A DNA stretch of 63,841 bases, counting the filler, from Klebsormidium nitens (taxonomy: Eukaryota; Plantae; Klebsormidiophyceae), in the NCBI GenBank assembly GCA_000708835.1. It is 5 parts of 5 records of this genome, joined end to end, with 100 filler letters (N's around TTAATTAATTAA, not from the genome) between each part and the next. Parts side by side here need not be neighbours in the genome. Positions count along the whole stretch, not along the records: positions 1 to 14,671 come from DF238049.1; positions 14,772 to 18,506 come from DF238550.1; positions 18,607 to 50,229 come from DF237755.1; 2 more parts are not named here. One strand, given 5' to 3'. Positions 13,130-24,537 of this stretch are shown piece after piece. Positions within the stretch are counted from its first letter, which is position 1, and each line of letters begins with the position of its first letter. A program made the translations under genes and the position numbers. Under the pieces are notes generated by a model. The model made no database searches, was not told the DNA's origin, and saw only the letters and a list, made by a program, of their open reading frames with translations.

Positions 13130-13596
13130 AGTGTGTTGTGACGCGCATTACGCGGGAGACGTGGACTTGAGGCGGTCCACAACGGAGTACGTCTTCCTAA
13201 TTTACGGGGGGGCGGTCGGCTGGTTGAGCAAGGCTGCAGCCAACGGTGGCGAACTCGACGGAGGAAGCTGAGTACCTAAGCATAGTGCAAGCAGTGAAAA
13301 AGGCGCTGTGCCATCGCAAGCTCGGGGGAGGTCTTGGGTTGGACCTCAGAACGGTCCAGATCTACTGCGACAACCAAAAGGCAATTCGCCGCCTGAAGCA
13401 TCCGATCGCTTCACAGCGGTCGAAGCACATTAACTTTATTCACCACGTTGCACGAGAGCGCGCAAGAAGGTCGTGTTCACGTATTACGAAACGGAGGACA
13501 TAAAGGACGACATCATGACCAAGGCGCGGGAACCCAAGAAGTTCAAGAATTGCAAGAGCAAGATTGGGATCGCATACTCATTAGTGTGTAGGGGAG
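13130..13596 (+). mobile_element. Copia RNase H fragment plus polypurine tract
   Basis: CDAHYAGDVDLRRSTTEYVF...STEEAEY...IYCDNQKAI...RSKHI...DIMTK, followed by AGGGGAG at 13590-13596. Confidence 0.9.
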
Positions 13597-13830
13597 TGCT
13601 GAGATACGAGCATTTTAGAATCGAATCTCTGGGTGGTTCTAGAGTTTTGGATCATGCGTCGATGGTAGTTCGACGGTAACGAGTAGTGACGGTAAACGCT
13701 TAAATGCGCGCGGGTTACAGCGTTACATCCGAATGACTAGGCGATAATCGTCGATATTGTGTAGGTTTGATAGAAGCCGTCGATGTACGGTATAGAGTGA
13801 AATTTTCGGACCGTCACCTCACTAGGTGAC
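13597..13830 (+). mobile_element. 3' LTR (family C-like), truncated
   Basis: TGCTGAGA start right after the PPT; alignable by eye with the LTR at 7086 but clearly diverged. Confidence 0.65.
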
Positions 13831-13875
13831 GGTCTACTGAGCTCACTGGGTAGTAGTAGAGTGTAGACCTAGAGA

Positions 13876-14401
13876 CATTGAGAAACGAAGTTAATTGACG
13901 GGCCATATTGTTGAGTTAGGCTCGATAGATTTGAGCCGTAGGATCGTGACTTTTTGTCGTGTCATCTCGACAGTAGGTTTGTGGTTTTGTCCTGTAATAT
14001 CGACCGTCAAATTAGAAGTTTGTGTCATTGAGCATCGACCGTCGGATTGCGTGTTTACTTGGAATGTGGATCGTTAGATGTGAGTCGACTCGAGTAGTAT
14101 AGTACCCCAACCACTAATAATACGGTACTACCGACCACTAGTAGTATAGTGATCCGGTCACAAGTCCGAGTGGAATATAGGCCGTATTGTGAATAGTAGA
14201 GTGACCGGTTGATGGAAAGGAGTTCATATAGTTGAACCGACTAGTGGGTGGTGGAAGTAGAACCGACCTAGGCTAGAGTACATCTAGCTACGGGATTTAA
14301 GAGATTTTGGACTTTTGTCATATGGTGATAATCATTCTAAGAGATGCATGAAGGGAGAAAGGCGCTTCTTTGTGAAGACGCTTATGTGTGAGGGTGGTTA
14401 G
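13876..14401 (+). mobile_element. LTR family A copy, plus orientation
   Basis: Reverse complement of ~10745-11283 (shared GGCCGTATTGT, GTTGAACCGACTAG, GGCGCTTCTTTGTGAA blocks); interrupted at 14402 by a family B LTR. Confidence 0.75.
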
Positions 14402-14671
14402 TGTTAAGATTCGGTATTATAGTCAGGCGAATTACTGTGATTAGGGTTCGGCCCGACTTAGGGTTTGGACTAGTGAACGCCGACGTGCGTGTACGGCGGT
14501 TGAACGGTTAAACCGTTAGGCGGTTTGGAGGTTAGGCGGTTGAGAGCGGCCGTCAGTGTTAGCCGTAGATGAGGATATCGAAGGCTAAGATTGAGTGTGA
14601 CTGTGAGCTAGGCTAGTGAGCCTAGTAGTGTGTGACTTAGGCTAGTAAGCCTGGTAGGCTAGTGAGCCTAG
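14402..14671 (+). mobile_element. LTR family B copy, runs into gap
   Basis: Starts TGTTAAGATTCGG; near-identical to the reverse complement of 12893-13094. Confidence 0.85.
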
Positions 14672-15073
14672 NNNNNNNNNNNNNNNNNNNNNNNNNNNNN
14701 NNNNNNNNNNNNNNNTTAATTAATTAANNNNNNNNNNNNNNNNNNNNNNNNNNNNNNNNNNNNNNNNNNNNTACACTCACCGCTCACTTTCGTACTCATG
14801 GCGGCTCAGTTAATTGGGACCGAGTCGGTTACTGTGACATGGGTCGGTCCAATGTGACCGTGTGCACTTGCCGCTCACCTTTGACCCGTTGGAGGCTCGG
14901 TTTCTGTGACCGAGTCGAATTTAACTGTGATTCGTGCTTGTTTACTTTGACGGATTATACCTGATTCACACCGTCGATGAAAGAAGGGGATCAATCTCAT
15001 GTATTGTACACCGTCGATTTCACAATCCCTGTTTTCTAGGTATATTTCGGATTCGTCCGCAGAGAAATTGGTC

Positions 15074-15147
15074 GTACTTTTTGGTCTATTGGCAAAAGCG
15101 CTCGTCTTCAAATCGCGAGCTCCTGGGTTCGATTCCCAGATGCGTCA
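15074..15147 (+). pseudogene. tRNA-derived sequence (SINE-like head or tRNA pseudogene)
   Basis: A-box-like TGGTCTATTGG (15082-15092), CTCGT/GCGAG stem, T-arm CTGG-GTTCGATT-CCCAG with B-box GGTTCGATTCC (15126-15136). The acceptor stem does not pair. Confidence 0.5.
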
Positions 15148-15479
15148 GTTCTCTTTCATTGCAACCTTGGCTGGGTACTCACCGTCCCTCGACGGTCCCG
15201 AGCGCGCGGTACCAAGATTCGTGCGGGGCAAATTTCCACTGATAGTGACCACTGGAGCCTAGCTAGCCTCGAGTCCGATCGATGTTAAAATTTGGACTCG
15301 CCTACCTCGCAGTAGGATCCATCCTAAGGTGAAATCCTACGTAACGCTGATCGGAATCGCCAGTCGAGGGTGTAATACTAACCGTATATATAAAGCGTTA
15401 CGGTCGGTCTAGGTTGGTAGCCTGGAGTATGTCACTTAATCGGCCTAAATCCAAGAGTAAGTTGCTCGGGCATCACAGA

Positions 15480-16128
15480 TCTGCGGGCGCACGGGCGTGC
15501 TTAATTTCCCCGATGCCGGGGAGAAATTATCAAGGGAGCGGAAGCCGCTTGACATGGCAAAGTTCCGCTTTAACGAGCTCATCGATAGTTCCTCTATTTG
15601 AGCGTGTGCACGTGGCCAAACAATGCTCAGCCCGTGGAAGCTTTTGGCGCGCTACACAAGCGCGCAAACGCAGGCACAATGGGCGGCGGCGCTTGAGATT
15701 GTGCGCTATTTTGTGGGAACTGCAAAGGACGGATTTAACTTTTTCGGAAAGTGCTTGGTCATTGAGGCCGTTTGCGAAGCGTACTTTGCGGAGAATGTTG
15801 ACACGAAGAGTTCCACGACCACGTACGTCTTGCCGATGTATGGGAAGTCGATTATTTGGTCGAGCCGTCTTCAATCGACGGTGGCGGCATCAACAATGGA
15901 GGCGGAGCATTACGGTTGGTGAAGCATCCCAATCGCTTTGCAACTGTGAAAGCACATCGACGTAATTCGTCAGTTTGCGCCGAGAGGGTGGCCAGGAAGG
16001 AGGTCGATTTGCGTATTGCCTAGCGTCACATGAAGGCGGACATTTTGACTAAGGCGCTGGCATCGGGGAAATTCTCGAAGTGCAACAGCAATATATTAAT
16101 TGCGAAGGATACTTGATGCGCGGGGGAG
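15480..16128 (+). mobile_element. Copia RT C-terminus/RNase H fragment plus PPT
   Basis: LARYTSA..QWAAALEIVRYFVGT...CEAYFAENVDTKSSTTTYV..WSSRLQSTVAASTMEAE...ADILTKAL, then GGGGGAG at 16122-16128. Confidence 0.9.
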
Positions 16129-16290
16129 TGCTGAAGTTCGGGCGTTACTTGAGTGAGTACGCCCTAAAATCCTAGGCCATTCTTAGCGTTGATTTAGAAT
16201 CGGTTGGCCGAATATCGACCGTGAAATGGCAAATTATTTGACGCTTTTGACGCGATATTGACCGTCTATACTTGAGTCGAGTCGAATGAT
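16129..16290 (+). mobile_element. Truncated 3' LTR (TGCTGAAG start)
   Basis: TG directly after the PPT; interrupted at 16291 by a family B LTR. Confidence 0.55.
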
Positions 16291-16545
16291 TGTTGAATTC
16301 GGTGATTATGGTCAGCCAAATTACTATGTGATACGTTTTGCGCGGATTTTGAACTAGTGAACGCCGACGTGCATGTACGGCGGTTAGACAATTAAACCGT
16401 TAGGCGGTTTAGAGGTTACGCAGATGAGAGCGACCGTCAATGTAAGCCGAAGATGAGTATATCGAAGGCTAAGATTGAGTGTGACTGTGAGCAAGGCTAG
16501 TGAGCCTAGTAGTGTGTGACTTAGGCTGGTGAGCCTAGTAGCTCA
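16291..16545 (+). mobile_element. Truncated LTR family B copy
   Basis: TGTTGAATTCGGTGATTAT start; shares ACTAGTGAACGCCGACGTGC, TTAAACCGTTAGGCGG and GCTAGTGAGCCTAG blocks with the other B copies. Confidence 0.8.
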
Positions 16546-16970
16546 ATACCTCTACGAATTGTGCGAGGCGCCACGTGCATGGCACATGCACTAGGAGGAG
16601 GAGCTCGGGAATTTTGAGTTCGTGGCGTCAATGGGGCACGCGGCGCTCTTCACGGAAATAGTAGCCAGGGAGCGGGGGTCTACCGGTGGTGTGGGTGGAC
16701 GACATTGTAGTGGCGGCTCGGGGAGCGGACCCCATTGACAAAGTGAAGGCGCATTTGGGAGAGAAGTTCGACGTGCGCGTTCGGGGAAGCGGAATACTTC
16801 CTCGGCATGGAGCTGACGCGCAATAGGGAGGGGCGCACCCTGAAGCAAATGCAAACGAAGCTGATGGGAAAGCTAGTCGAATGGTATGGACTAGGGAGCG
16901 CTCGAGCGCGTTTGGAACGCACAAGCAGCCCGTACGACATGTGAAGAAGCCAGACAACTTTCCTGTCAAG
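16545..16970 (+). mobile_element. Copia reverse-transcriptase fragment
   Basis: YELCEAPRAWH..EELGNFEFVAS..AALF...VWVDDIVVA (LYGLKQAPRAW and YVDD-like motifs). Confidence 0.85.
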
Positions 16971-17758
16971 AGTAATCAAGGCAACAGGATTTGTGAGAGC
17001 TACCGCACTGCTATCATGGTTCAAAGAGTCTATGCTTTCATACTAAGAAGAAGCGATGTATTAGCTTTACATTTTTCAAGTATTTGCAACATACCGTACA
17101 TTAAAATATGACCTGCTCCTTCCGTTTGTCCCACGAATTGCCCTACCCATGCAGACGTCTTTTTAGAACATTAAGTTGCCACACAACTACACGACTCTGT
17201 CAAACTTTTTGAATCTGTCCTCCTCATCGTTTTAATGTACCTAGTAGATGTAGCCACGGCATTGCATACTGACGCCCAACCCTGCTCAAGGCGTTTGACG
17301 CAGCTTAGCCCATTATAATTAGTAAAGGTTGGAGCAACAGCTCCACTTTGGTTCGTCATCGAAAAGACCACCACACATTCGGGTGAAATAGTAGATCGAC
17401 ATCAGCACACTGTGGTACGTTCGTGGTGTGCCCGCGAATCAGCAAGTTTTCACTCTTGCAGTATGCATCAAACCTGCGGTAACTAGAACATCGGGACCAT
17501 AAAAATGATGCTCAAGATCCAATGTATCGCAAGCACCTCGTAGCCAATTCGTCAAGTCAAAATCGGGCTGTGCAAGGACAGCCGCAAGGTCTGACATTAC
17601 TGAGATGCAAACCTTAAGGAGGAGCACAGCATATATGCAGCACAGCAAAAAGAGAAAGAGAAACAGATCGAGACACAGCAGAATAGAAGTCATTGGACTC
17701 AGAACAATTTAGCGATTCCCTTCTAACTGTTTCACGTGGACCCTCCGTTTAATGGAGC

Positions 17759-18256
17759 TCTTAGAATTCGGTTAGAATGGTCCGCCGAATTATTGTGTTC
17801 TAGGGTTCGCCCCAAGTTAGGGTTTGAACGAGTGAGCGCCGACGTGCGTGTCCGGCGGTTGGATGGTTAAACCGTTAGGCGGTTTGCGATTAGGCGGTTG
17901 AGAGCGGCCGTCAATATTAGCCGTAGATGAGGATATCGAAGGCTAAGATTGAGTGTAGCTGTGAGCTAGGCTAGTGAGCCTAGTAGTGTGTGACTTAGGC
18001 TAGTAAGCCTAGTAGGCTAGTGAGCCTAGTGGAACGGGAGAGACCCGTGAGACAATAGTGGTGAGAAACGCTCTTGTGATACATCATTCTAAGAAGTTCG
18101 TAGAGACAAGGAAGTCGCTTGTGAAACGCTTCGTGTGATCCTCTTAGGATGCATGGCTGCCATCAATGAATGATGAGCATCGGTGCCAGGCAACACGAAA
18201 AGACCCGATGACGAGCATCTCAACTACACTACGAGTCCCTACCATGAGTTGCAACA
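17759..18256 (+). mobile_element. Near-complete 5' LTR family B
   Basis: Homologous to the other B copies; ends ...GAGTTGCAACA, directly followed by a PBS and a gag start. Confidence 0.85.
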
Positions 18257-18506
18257 TGTTATGGGCCCAGAACGCTTGGTTGTGAAGAGGGCGCACATGT
18301 TCAATTTTGGCTGTCTGTAGGGCCAGACTTTGACTGCTTGCGCCGGTGAGCCTGTGAGGGAAAGGAGCGGAGAATTTGGCTTCTTTGTGTTCAAGGGAGA
18401 GTGTAGTTGAGATGGCGGGAGATAAGGGGTATATTCCGCAACTGTGTGGTGAGAACTGATTGGCGTGGAAAGCCAAGTTCCGTGGGCTTTGTTAGAGTAT
18501 TTGCGC
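18257..18506 (+). mobile_element. Half-tRNA-type PBS plus start of copia gag (cut by gap)
   Basis: TGTTATGGGCCCAG at 18257-18270; ATG at 18412 gives MAGDKGYIPQLCGEN*LAWKAKFR, a copia gag N-terminal motif with an in-frame stop. Confidence 0.8.
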
Positions 18507-19849
18507 NNNNNNNNNNNNNNNNNNNNNNNNNNNNNNNNNNNNNNNNNNNNTTAATTAATTAANNNNNNNNNNNNNNNNNNNNNNNNNNNNNNNNNNNNNN
18601 NNNNNNTCATGTACTGCTCTAGATGTGAACATGTACGTGCGCATTTGTGTGCACTGCCGGCACATGTATGATATCTTTGATATTGCCAATTCCAACATGG
18701 GCGGATGGACTTGATCATGTCGGAGGTGACTGTTTGGACGACAAGATCAGCTCAAGGAGTATGTTTCCTAACAATACCATTATGGGTAAGCCGCGCGGTA
18801 CGGAAAATGACATGGACGGCAATGCTAGTCACAAATTCAGATCGATCAAGAATTCTCCGTGTACACATGCAAAGCCATGCATCTGGTTACCAAAGCACCT
18901 AGGATGTCAAGACGCGGGTGCACCATAGTGCTTCAAGCTCAACTCAAAATGAACGAAAGACGAGTACGTCATACCGTGAACCTACTTGGATGTGCCGTTC
19001 TGTACACATGGCTCTGACACTACCTCTCGTTGAAACTCTCCATTTGTACACTTGCAGCCAGCCTCACAGGGGTAAAATAACACCACGTACTTGAAATATC
19101 ATCTGCATCGAGGATCCAAGATGGGCCCCAATAAGGTGTATTGACAATTTAGATCAACCGCATACACTTCCGATATAAGGAGTTTCGTACCTTTGTTAAT
19201 TCGAGGGACCGGTGGGGACTGTGCTTGACGTGGATTTGGTTTTGGCAAGAGAACTTGTCAAAGGAACGTACGACAGAGGAGGTCAAGGAAGGAGCGAGGG
19301 ATCGATAACGGGGAAGAAAGACCCATGAAGAACAAAGTCCAGGATATGAAGGGACACCTTAGCATTCGCTTCGACTGACTTGCACGTGTTAGCGCTCAGG
19401 GAGGACATAGAATCATTCATCATTCTTTCGACTTCGTGTCAAAAATCAGTTGCGGAGACGGGAGGGGAAAACGCATCCAAGCATTCCGCTAGGATCGCAA
19501 TTATCTGAGGAGCCAAGAAACGGAACGGAGAGGAGACGTGAGAAGAACGAGGCACACAAACCTTCTTTGGGGCCCATCCAGATTGGGCTGAGGCGTCAAA
19601 CGGCTGTACTATCTGTCAGGTGGCATTATGTTGACCATCCAGAGTAAGGGCTCAAAAATCTGGAGAAGGTAAGCAGCGCTAATCGAAGAAGGAAGCGCGA
19701 AAGGAGGACAACACTTAAATAACACCTCTCAACGTTGGATTGTGTGGGTGACCCAATTTTACCTCTTGCCTAAAGACCCGTAAAGACTTCTGGGGTACAA
19801 CAGCAAATCATATACACCAAAATCGCGAAAAGATACACGGAAAGGGAGT

Positions 19850-20660
19850 CTTGTACTTGGATGTTGGGCAGGGGCGGGATTCGGCGCACTTCTTCCTGTA
19901 GAAGACTTCCGGGGCACAAGAGCTCTCAAGAATGCGAAAAAGGAAGGCGATAATGAAGCATGAAACACAACGATTTGAAGCGACTCCCAACAAGAGAGAC
20001 AGAAAAGAGAGCGACTCCACCTAGATGTTGGGCTGGGGCGTAACCCGGATTCACTTCTTGCCTCGGCACATGTGAGACTTCTAGCATACGACATTTTTAA
20101 AAGGCAAAAAAAGGAAGGGGGCAGCTTAAGAAACGTCGAAAAAGGATACGAGCAAGACGAACCGAGCGTCACTCACCACCTGGGGCGTGACCCGGATGTA
20201 CTTCTTGCCTCGGGACATGTAAAAGTTCTAGGACGCATCGAATTCAAAATGTAAGAAAAGGAAGGGAGCTCCTTAAAACACCTCGAAAACGAAACGAGCG
20301 TCTCTCACTTGATGTTCGGCTGGGGCGTGACCCGAATGTACTTGCTGGAGGACAATAACGTATAAATGTTGGGGCAAAACAGCAAATCGGAACTACAAAT
20401 TGAAGGGACACGCAGCTCAGAAGAAGACGTTCTGGATACAGAATAAGAAGACTGAAAATGCTTCCCGCACCTAGATATTCGGCTGCGGCGTGACCCGGAC
20501 GTACGTCTTACCTCGGGACCTGTAAACTTCTGGACGCAACAACTTCAAAATGAAAATGCAGAAGGAAGAAGGGGCAGCTCAACACCTTGGAACATGATAC
20601 AAAAAAGACGAAACGAGCGTTTCTCACCTAGATGTTCGGCTGCGGCGTGACCCGGATGTA
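19850..20660 (-). repeat. Six ~155-bp tandem units, each carrying a decayed copy of the peroxiredoxin stop-codon region
   Basis: Plus-strand motif CACCTAGATGTTCGGCTGCGGCGTGACCCGGATGTACTTCTTGCC (real exon end, 20625) recurs at ~20468, 20306, 20174, 20018 and 19855. Confidence 0.85.
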
Positions 20661-23600
20661 CTTCTTGCCGGAGGGCACGTCAAAGGTGTCGTAGCCCTTG
20701 GGGAACTTCTCCTTGGCGGCCTCGTCGCTGATGGACGGCACGATGATCACCTTCTCGCCGTGGTGCCAGTTGACGGGGGTCGCCACGCTGTGCTTGGCCG
20801 TCAGCTGGAGCGAGTCCAGCACGCGTAGCACCTGAAGCGGGTTAACAGTAACTGTGAATCACGTTAAGACCAGGTCTGTCAAATGTTGATCGTAAGCTGG
20901 AAAGGGGTCGCACCGCTGTGCTTGGCCGTCAGCTGGAGCGTGCCAGCACGCGCAGTACCTGAAGAAGGGGGGTTAAGATAGTTTCGAATCAGGTTAGGGT
21001 CCGTTTGTTGCTTGACCGTCAGCAGAAAAGAGGCCAGGAAATCAGGTTACTGCTGGTGACAGAGGTGTGCTTGGCCATCAGCTGCAGCGAGTCCACCACG
21101 CGCAGCACGTGGAGAGGCGAGTAAAAGTCTCATTTGAGGTAGGGTTATGTTACGGCTTAAGGTTGCATTCAGATGAAAGAGCACAATAAAAAGCCGGGCT
21201 GTGCTTAAAAGGCAGCTGAGATGAATCCAGCACGTGCAGCAATTGGCGAAATAAGGTTGGTTTAGGTGAAGGTCGAGAATCCACATGAAGCGGAAGTCAA
21301 ACGTGAGCATTCTACAAGAAGCCCTAATAATATTAATAGTAATGACAACATAAGGGAGCGATCAGCGCATATATGAAGACTACCACCTTGTAGACTCAGG
21401 GTGAAAAGCACGGTAGTCCTGTCAGTACTGGGATAATTTTCTAGTAAGGCCAGATTTTACGTCAGAAGCCTTTTGACAACGATTTCTGATTTCCTGAGTA
21501 GAGTCAATGACAAGCATGTTCCTAGAGGCTACAGGATCGCAACACTTCGACTGAAGACTTTTGAGTCTTGATAAATCTTTTCGCGCTGGGGTCACTGGTG
21601 CAATCCAAGGCCAGTCACCCGTAATCGACGGAGAACCTTAACTTAGAGTTAGTAAGTCAAACAAATTGACTTTGCAGGTCACGCAATCAGATGATGCTGG
21701 CTTAGGGCGCCACGATTGCCATGCAGACTTATTTAGGGTCAACAATCTCTTTGAGAAGTCTACCGTTGTCGACAAAAGCACCGTACCTCCTCAAAGTTGC
21801 GACCTGTAGTTGCGGGGTACAGGATGGACAGCTTGAGCTTCTTGTCCGGCCCAATGATCCACACGGCACGTGCATTGGCTGGGAGGCCCTTGCTGCAAAA
21901 GAACCACGTGGCTCGGTTTCAAGTCGCTCCGTTCACCCTCCTCAAGTACTCAAGAAACCGGGATTCTAGCGAACCAAGAAGCTTCCGGGCCGGACTGGTT
22001 GGTCTCGTTGGACACTGCTTGGCGTCTCAAGTGAACAAACCAGTCAAACGAGACTTTGACTAAACGAATAATCCTAAGGACGAAGTCTTCTCAATCTTTG
22101 GAGAAAGCGAGTAGAGACTTGGCAAAATATCCTTACAAGGCACGACCTCAACGAATCTGCAATTAGTCAGCGAGGGCGATCAAGTTCAGCACATATAGAA
22201 GCTTGATGAGATTGTAGCGTTCCAGTACTTCAGAAAAGTCAGATCTCCCATCAGGCAAAGCACAGCTGAACATTGTTCGAATGCATAAGAAGCACGTATG
22301 GAAAGCTTAAGAAACATTGTAGGACTACAATGACTTGCCCTTTCAGATGTCTCGTCATTCACAAGCAGAGCTGATACATCGTTCCGTGGCTAAATGGCCC
22401 AAATGCCCAAGGAATGACCACAAGACTTGCGTGCAAGCTCCGAAAACAAGGTCCACGTTGTCTATTCGAAAATGCAACTTCAAGCAGTCTGGACCACAAA
22501 ACAAAGCCGAGCATTCCGGGGAGAAACGCCGGGAGACTTACGCATCCTTCTCGTCAGGGTCTAGGCTCCCCAGCTTGACGGCGAGCTCCTTCTCCGGGTC
22601 CGCAATGATGGGGTACCCAACCTTGACACCCGGAGTGTAGGTCTCAATGTCGGGAATCCAACCCTTGTGGGACTCGACGTCGTTGTGGCTAATGGCGGCC
22701 AACTTCACACCGCGCTTCTCAAACTCTGGATAGAAAGCGAATGCAGAGAGATGAACGGGGAGTTTTCAGGACTTTTGAGTAGAATTGACCAGCATCTGTG
22801 GAGTTCCTGCTCAGAAAAGAATACCGGAGACCCCTTTTTCTTGGTCAGGAATAAAATTCTTCTTGCTCCTCAGGCGATATATCAAGACAAGGTTGGATCA
22901 AATTCAAAGTTTGGAGGTTTACTATCTTCAAGCCACAGATTCCAACTCGCCAGTGTTGATCTGCTATAATGCGACACATCAGCAGGAGCTTTTACCAAAG
23001 TACTAAATAATTAACAACGCTGCTGTGGAATCATGTGCTGAGCCAATGGACGCTTTGCATACTGTAGCAATTCTGAGCACAGACAAAAAGTCACATACAA
23101 CTGTATTGACTTCTTCAAAATGAAATTCACAAAAGAACTGCAATAAACGAGGGGAGGGTGTCGCCATTTTCTTGTGGCTCTCAGAGGCTGGTATGCAAGT
23201 TTGCTCACCTGGCAAGTACTTGGCAACAGCCCCAAGCTCCGTGGTGCAAACTGCAGACGACAGCAGGTTTAGCAACTTTTAAAAGATAGTCTGGTAGAGA
23301 ACCTGATTGCAGAAGGTTGTCTTGGTTACAATGATCAAAGTCATGAAGCAAATTCAGTTTGGTTAAGCTTAGCTTTTGTTTCTTTAAACTTGAGCATATA
23401 AATGTGACGAGACCCTCTGATTCTGAATAAGAGTGGAAAGCCTGTCAATATTCTCACTGCAACAAACATCCTGCTGTTTTCCCCCATCACCCTTTTGTGT
23501 CATCCTTCTCTAGCTTCGTCCCGCAGGCTCCAGCAAGATATGCTTAAAGTACTAGGATTTTCCTCGCCATCCAAGATATGGATACAAAGATGCTGTATGA

Positions 23601-24537
23601 ACAAATGGCTCGTCTCCTCCGCTACGAAAAGAGATACGTAACAGAACCGATCAGAAAAAGCAACGCCGCAGGCTTCACAACATAAGTACGATGGAAGAGT
23701 CATGCTACTCTAGATGCATTATGTCCAGGGACTATGGGGCACTCATGTGTGAGGCATGGCCAGTTGGCTCTGACTTTTGAGTTGTGGTGACAGTGCTGAA
23801 TTGATAGGTTCTTGAAGTGATTGCGATGATAGCTGACCTGGGGTGAAGTCGGCAGGGTGTGAAAACTGCACATCAGAGGGTTCATACATCATTACAGGAG
23901 CGTCCAGATGAAACACAAGAAGAAAGATACAAAACGCAAGGGATTTAGAGTCTCATATACGTACCAAAATACGAACCAATGCATGTCAGACACGCCACCA
24001 TGTTTTTTTGCCATCAGAATTGAAAGCGTCCAAGGAAGTTCTGGGTCATCGGACCCCGGCACTTAGTTGACAAGCCCTGCTCCACTTAAGCTCAGCAGGG
24101 GGAAGAATGCAGCACATGAACACGATAAAGCCAATAGAAAATGGAGCATGGCCGCTGAGCATTTTGCTCCAGATTGGAGTGGGGTTTCTTCTACTCAGTA
24201 TGTGCAGCTGTCTCCTGGCTGTTTCTATCACCACTGTGTGAAAAAAACACTCTCGCTCTGGGTTTATTCTACTCATTATTCAGCTGAAACGGTATCTTCC
24301 AAAAGAAGCTGCTATTTTTAGGTGTTCTAAGAAGTGCATGAATTTCAAATCCACATGAAACCACCTTCAGTGCAATTGCAACTCAATTTGGTCCTGCAAA
24401 CTCAACTGGTGACCAGAAAAAAATGCACAACTTACCAAGATTGCCCATGACCCGTCAATGAACTCATGCCAATGGATTTGTCCTTGAGACGAGTCAGCAG
24501 TGAAATCAGGGAACGTGTCTCCCAGCTTGAGACCCAT
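20628..24537 (-). CDS. PER1: 1-Cys peroxiredoxin (PRDX6/PER1 family), 6 exons, 221 aa
   Basis: Exons 24537-24436, 23865-23838, 23250-23209, 22725-22542, 21892-21787 and 20831-20628 sum to 666 nt in frame with GT-AG introns. [74 protein letters not shown]; PVCTTE is the 1-Cys active site. Confidence 0.96.

Noticed and set aside
14716-14727. TTAATTAATTAA inside N runs (also 18551-18562, 50274-50285, 61629-61640)
   Set aside because: An identical 12-mer centred in 100-bp gaps and giving stops in all six frames is an assembly spacer, not biology.
15074-15147. Functional tRNA-Sec or opal suppressor
   Set aside because: The acceptor stem is unpaired, the loop is oversized and there is no long variable arm; kept only as a tRNA-derived relic.
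19850-20660. Regularly spaced repeats suggestive of a CRISPR array
   Set aside because: Eukaryotic context, no cas genes, degenerate units with related spacers, and the repeat is the peroxiredoxin exon end.
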